Assembly: GCA_041739995.1 (NCBI GenBank)
Contig: JBGSMV010000047.1
Location: forward strand, 160,001 to 224,000
Length of the DNA stretch: 64,000 bases
DNA from: Bdellovibrionota bacterium
GTDB lineage: Bacteria; Bdellovibrionota_C; UBA2361; JBGSMV01
Direction of reading: 5' to 3'
The position numbers and the translations under genes are program-made. The notes beneath the pieces were generated by a model. It made no database searches. It had not been told where the DNA came from and was given only the letters and a program-made list of their open reading frames with translations. Positions 62,261 through 64,000 of the stretch are shown here, piece after piece. How positions within the stretch are numbered: position 1 is the stretch's first letter; each line of letters begins with the position of its first letter.

Positions 62261-63709
62261 TTACCCCGTATGAGAGTGGCTCATGGTTGAAGCGACGCGT
62301 TGATGCTCGACACGAACGGCCTCAAGCGCGGCTAGCAGGTACTCGCGTGAGAGCGGGGCGACTTTCTCGTTCATTGCAGGAAGAGAGGTTTTCATAGGGT
62401 CAACATAACGCTCACGGTCGTAGAGGCTGAAATGCAGGTGAGGCCCAGTAGAGAGCCCTGTAGTGCCTACTGAGCCAATGACTTGGCCTCTGGTCACTCG
62501 CATTCCTGGACGAACGTCGCGTGAAATAGTGTGCAGATGAAGATAGGCTGTGGACCATCGATCGCCGTGGGAGATCTTAACCATGTTTCCCGCACCGCCG
62601 TTGTAACTAGCGATTCGAACGATGCCGTCTCCGACTGCGCGAACGGGTGTGCCGATAGGCGCCGCGAAGTCTACGCCGTTATGAGGGCGAGTGCGCTTTA
62701 ATACTGGATGGAAGCGCGCGTATGAAAAGGTTGAGGAAATTCGGCTGAACTTCAAGGGGTAACGCAAAAAGTAGTTGCCAAGCGGATTGCCCTGTTCGTC
62801 GAAATAGTGAATTTCGCCCTTCTCATTGGTATGGCGAACGGCGACTAAAAGTTTTCCGCCTGTATTAAGTGAGGCGGATGTAATTGAGCCCGGTCGAAGT
62901 AGTTCCCCAGTGCGCTGGTTGGTGCGTTCAAGGAAAGTAACCGAGAAAGTGTCACCGGATTGTAGGTCTCTGCGAAACTCAATTCGATTGGAAAACAGAT
63001 CGACGAATTCATCGACGACGATTGCCGACAAACCAACTTCCTTTGCCGCACTAGAAAGTGAAGATGAGATCACACCAGAAAGAGTTTTGGGTTGTTCTTC
63101 GACGAGGACTTCAAGAATATCGACCGTATATCCAGATTCGGCGGCGCCCGTAAGTGTCATGACGCGTCCGTCAGGGAGGGCGCGCCTAAGGAAAACCACT
63201 TCGCTTGTAGCACTGAGCTCAATCTCAAGTGACTCTCCAATGCGAAGGGCGCTTGCACTTCCTAATGATTTTCTCATGGCCTCGTGAGCGCGGAGTGCGG
63301 ATAGATGAGAGCCTCCAAGCTGAGAGAAGAGTTGTGCGAGGGTGTCGCCCGAGCGAACCAGTAACGCTTGTCGAGCAGGGTTCAGAGCTTCCACTGAGCT
63401 TTCAATGGAAGTTTCTAGGCTGGTGCCCTGAGGGCCGCTCGTGATGGCAGAAGTTTCGTCAGGAAGAATCGCGAGTTCGTCTGAGTCATCCAGAGAAAGA
63501 TCTGCCCCCTGAGAGACCGACACGTCCCCTGAGCGCCCAAGGAAGAATGGAGTTGCAATGGAGGACTTAGCGACTATCAAGCTCTTGGTTGATAGAGAGA
63601 GTGTGGCCGCCACCACAATGACTTGAAAGACCAGCAGTGCCCCAAAGAGCAGTGTAAGGCGTTTCGCCGATAGAACAGAATTCATAAGTCGCAAAGGTAA
63701 CTTAGACAT
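62261..63709 (-). CDS. M23 family peptidoglycan endopeptidase (MepM-like)
   Basis: N-terminal TM segment, GDTL, RISSTF..RFHPV..HNGVDFAAP, YLHL, STGPHLHF. Confidence 0.92.
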   Translation of the reverse strand: MSKLPLRLMNSVLSAKRLTLLFGALLVFQVIVVAATLSLSTKSLIVAKSSIATPFFLGRSGDVSVSQGADLSLDDSDELAILPDETSAITSGPQGTSLETSIESSVEALNPARQALLVRSGDTLAQLFSQLGGSHLSALRAHEAMRKSLGSASALRIGESLEIELSATSEVVFLRRALPDGRVMTLTGAAESGYTVDILEVLVEEQPKTLSGVISSSLSSAAKEVGLSAIVVDEFVDLFSNRIEFRRDLQSGDTFSVTFLERTNQRTGELLRPGSITSASLNTGGKLLVAVRHTNEKGEIHYFDEQGNPLGNYFLRYPLKFSRISSTFSYARFHPVLKRTRPHNGVDFAAPIGTPVRAVGDGIVRIASYNGGAGNMVKISHGDRWSTAYLHLHTISRDVRPGMRVTRGQVIGSVGTTGLSTGPHLHFSLYDRERYVDPMKTSLPAMNEKVAPLSREYLLAALEAVRVEHQRVASTMSHSHTG

Positions 63710-64000
63710 AGAGTAGTGAACAATACAGTAATGTTAGTAGGTTACCTTTTAACTTCAATATGCTCGCATCTTAGAAACGCTAAAATCACATGGCGGCGAA
63801 AGGGCGAAGGCTCCTTTACGCTGGTCTATAGGCAGAGTGCAACTAGACTGGAGCTGGATTTAGCAAGAGTTGCGCCATCTAGCTCGAGACAGCCAGTAGC
63901 TCTGGTTGCCTGCCATATAGGGACTTGTCGGTCTATGTACTGTTATAGTTCTGAAATATTTGCGAACTTTGACTGAGGAAAGCCGTAAGGCCGTTTAGAC

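Overview
This is mostly core, origin-proximal chromosome of a Gram-negative bacterium. Two perfect parS palindromes bracket parA. The gene order parA-parB-bactofilin-atpF'-atpF-atpH-atpA-atpG-atpD-atpC, with no atpB/atpE, suggests a deltaproteobacteria-like or Bdellovibrionota-like lineage (inference). The window also holds a persulfide dioxygenase/rhodanese pair, a prepilin peptidase, mlaEFDC, rlmE, pcrA/uvrD, hrpB, prfB (intact +1 programmed frameshift), ybeY, lysS, a tgt-methyltransferase fusion, phoH/HDIG, alaS, prfC, rlmD, cinA, phzF-like and M23 genes. I saw no rRNA, tRNA, CRISPR array or transposase. The most notable candidate system is an amino-group-carrier operon, lysW-lysX-lysY-[Ntn hydrolase]-lysZ-lysJ (lysW is absent from the ORF track). 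It has no lysK in the window but carries a translationally coupled EgtC/YafJ-like gamma-glutamyl hydrolase with altered substrate-binding motifs, a possible non-orthologous LysK replacement. Other highlights are an orphan flagellin with seven FG-GAP repeats and an apparently frameshifted N-terminus, an alpha-oxoamine synthase lacking its PLP lysine (LCB1-like pattern), a tandem two-MCE MlaD, and an inverted repeat pair around the Ntn-lysZ module. All assignments come from reading motifs by eye; no searches were run.
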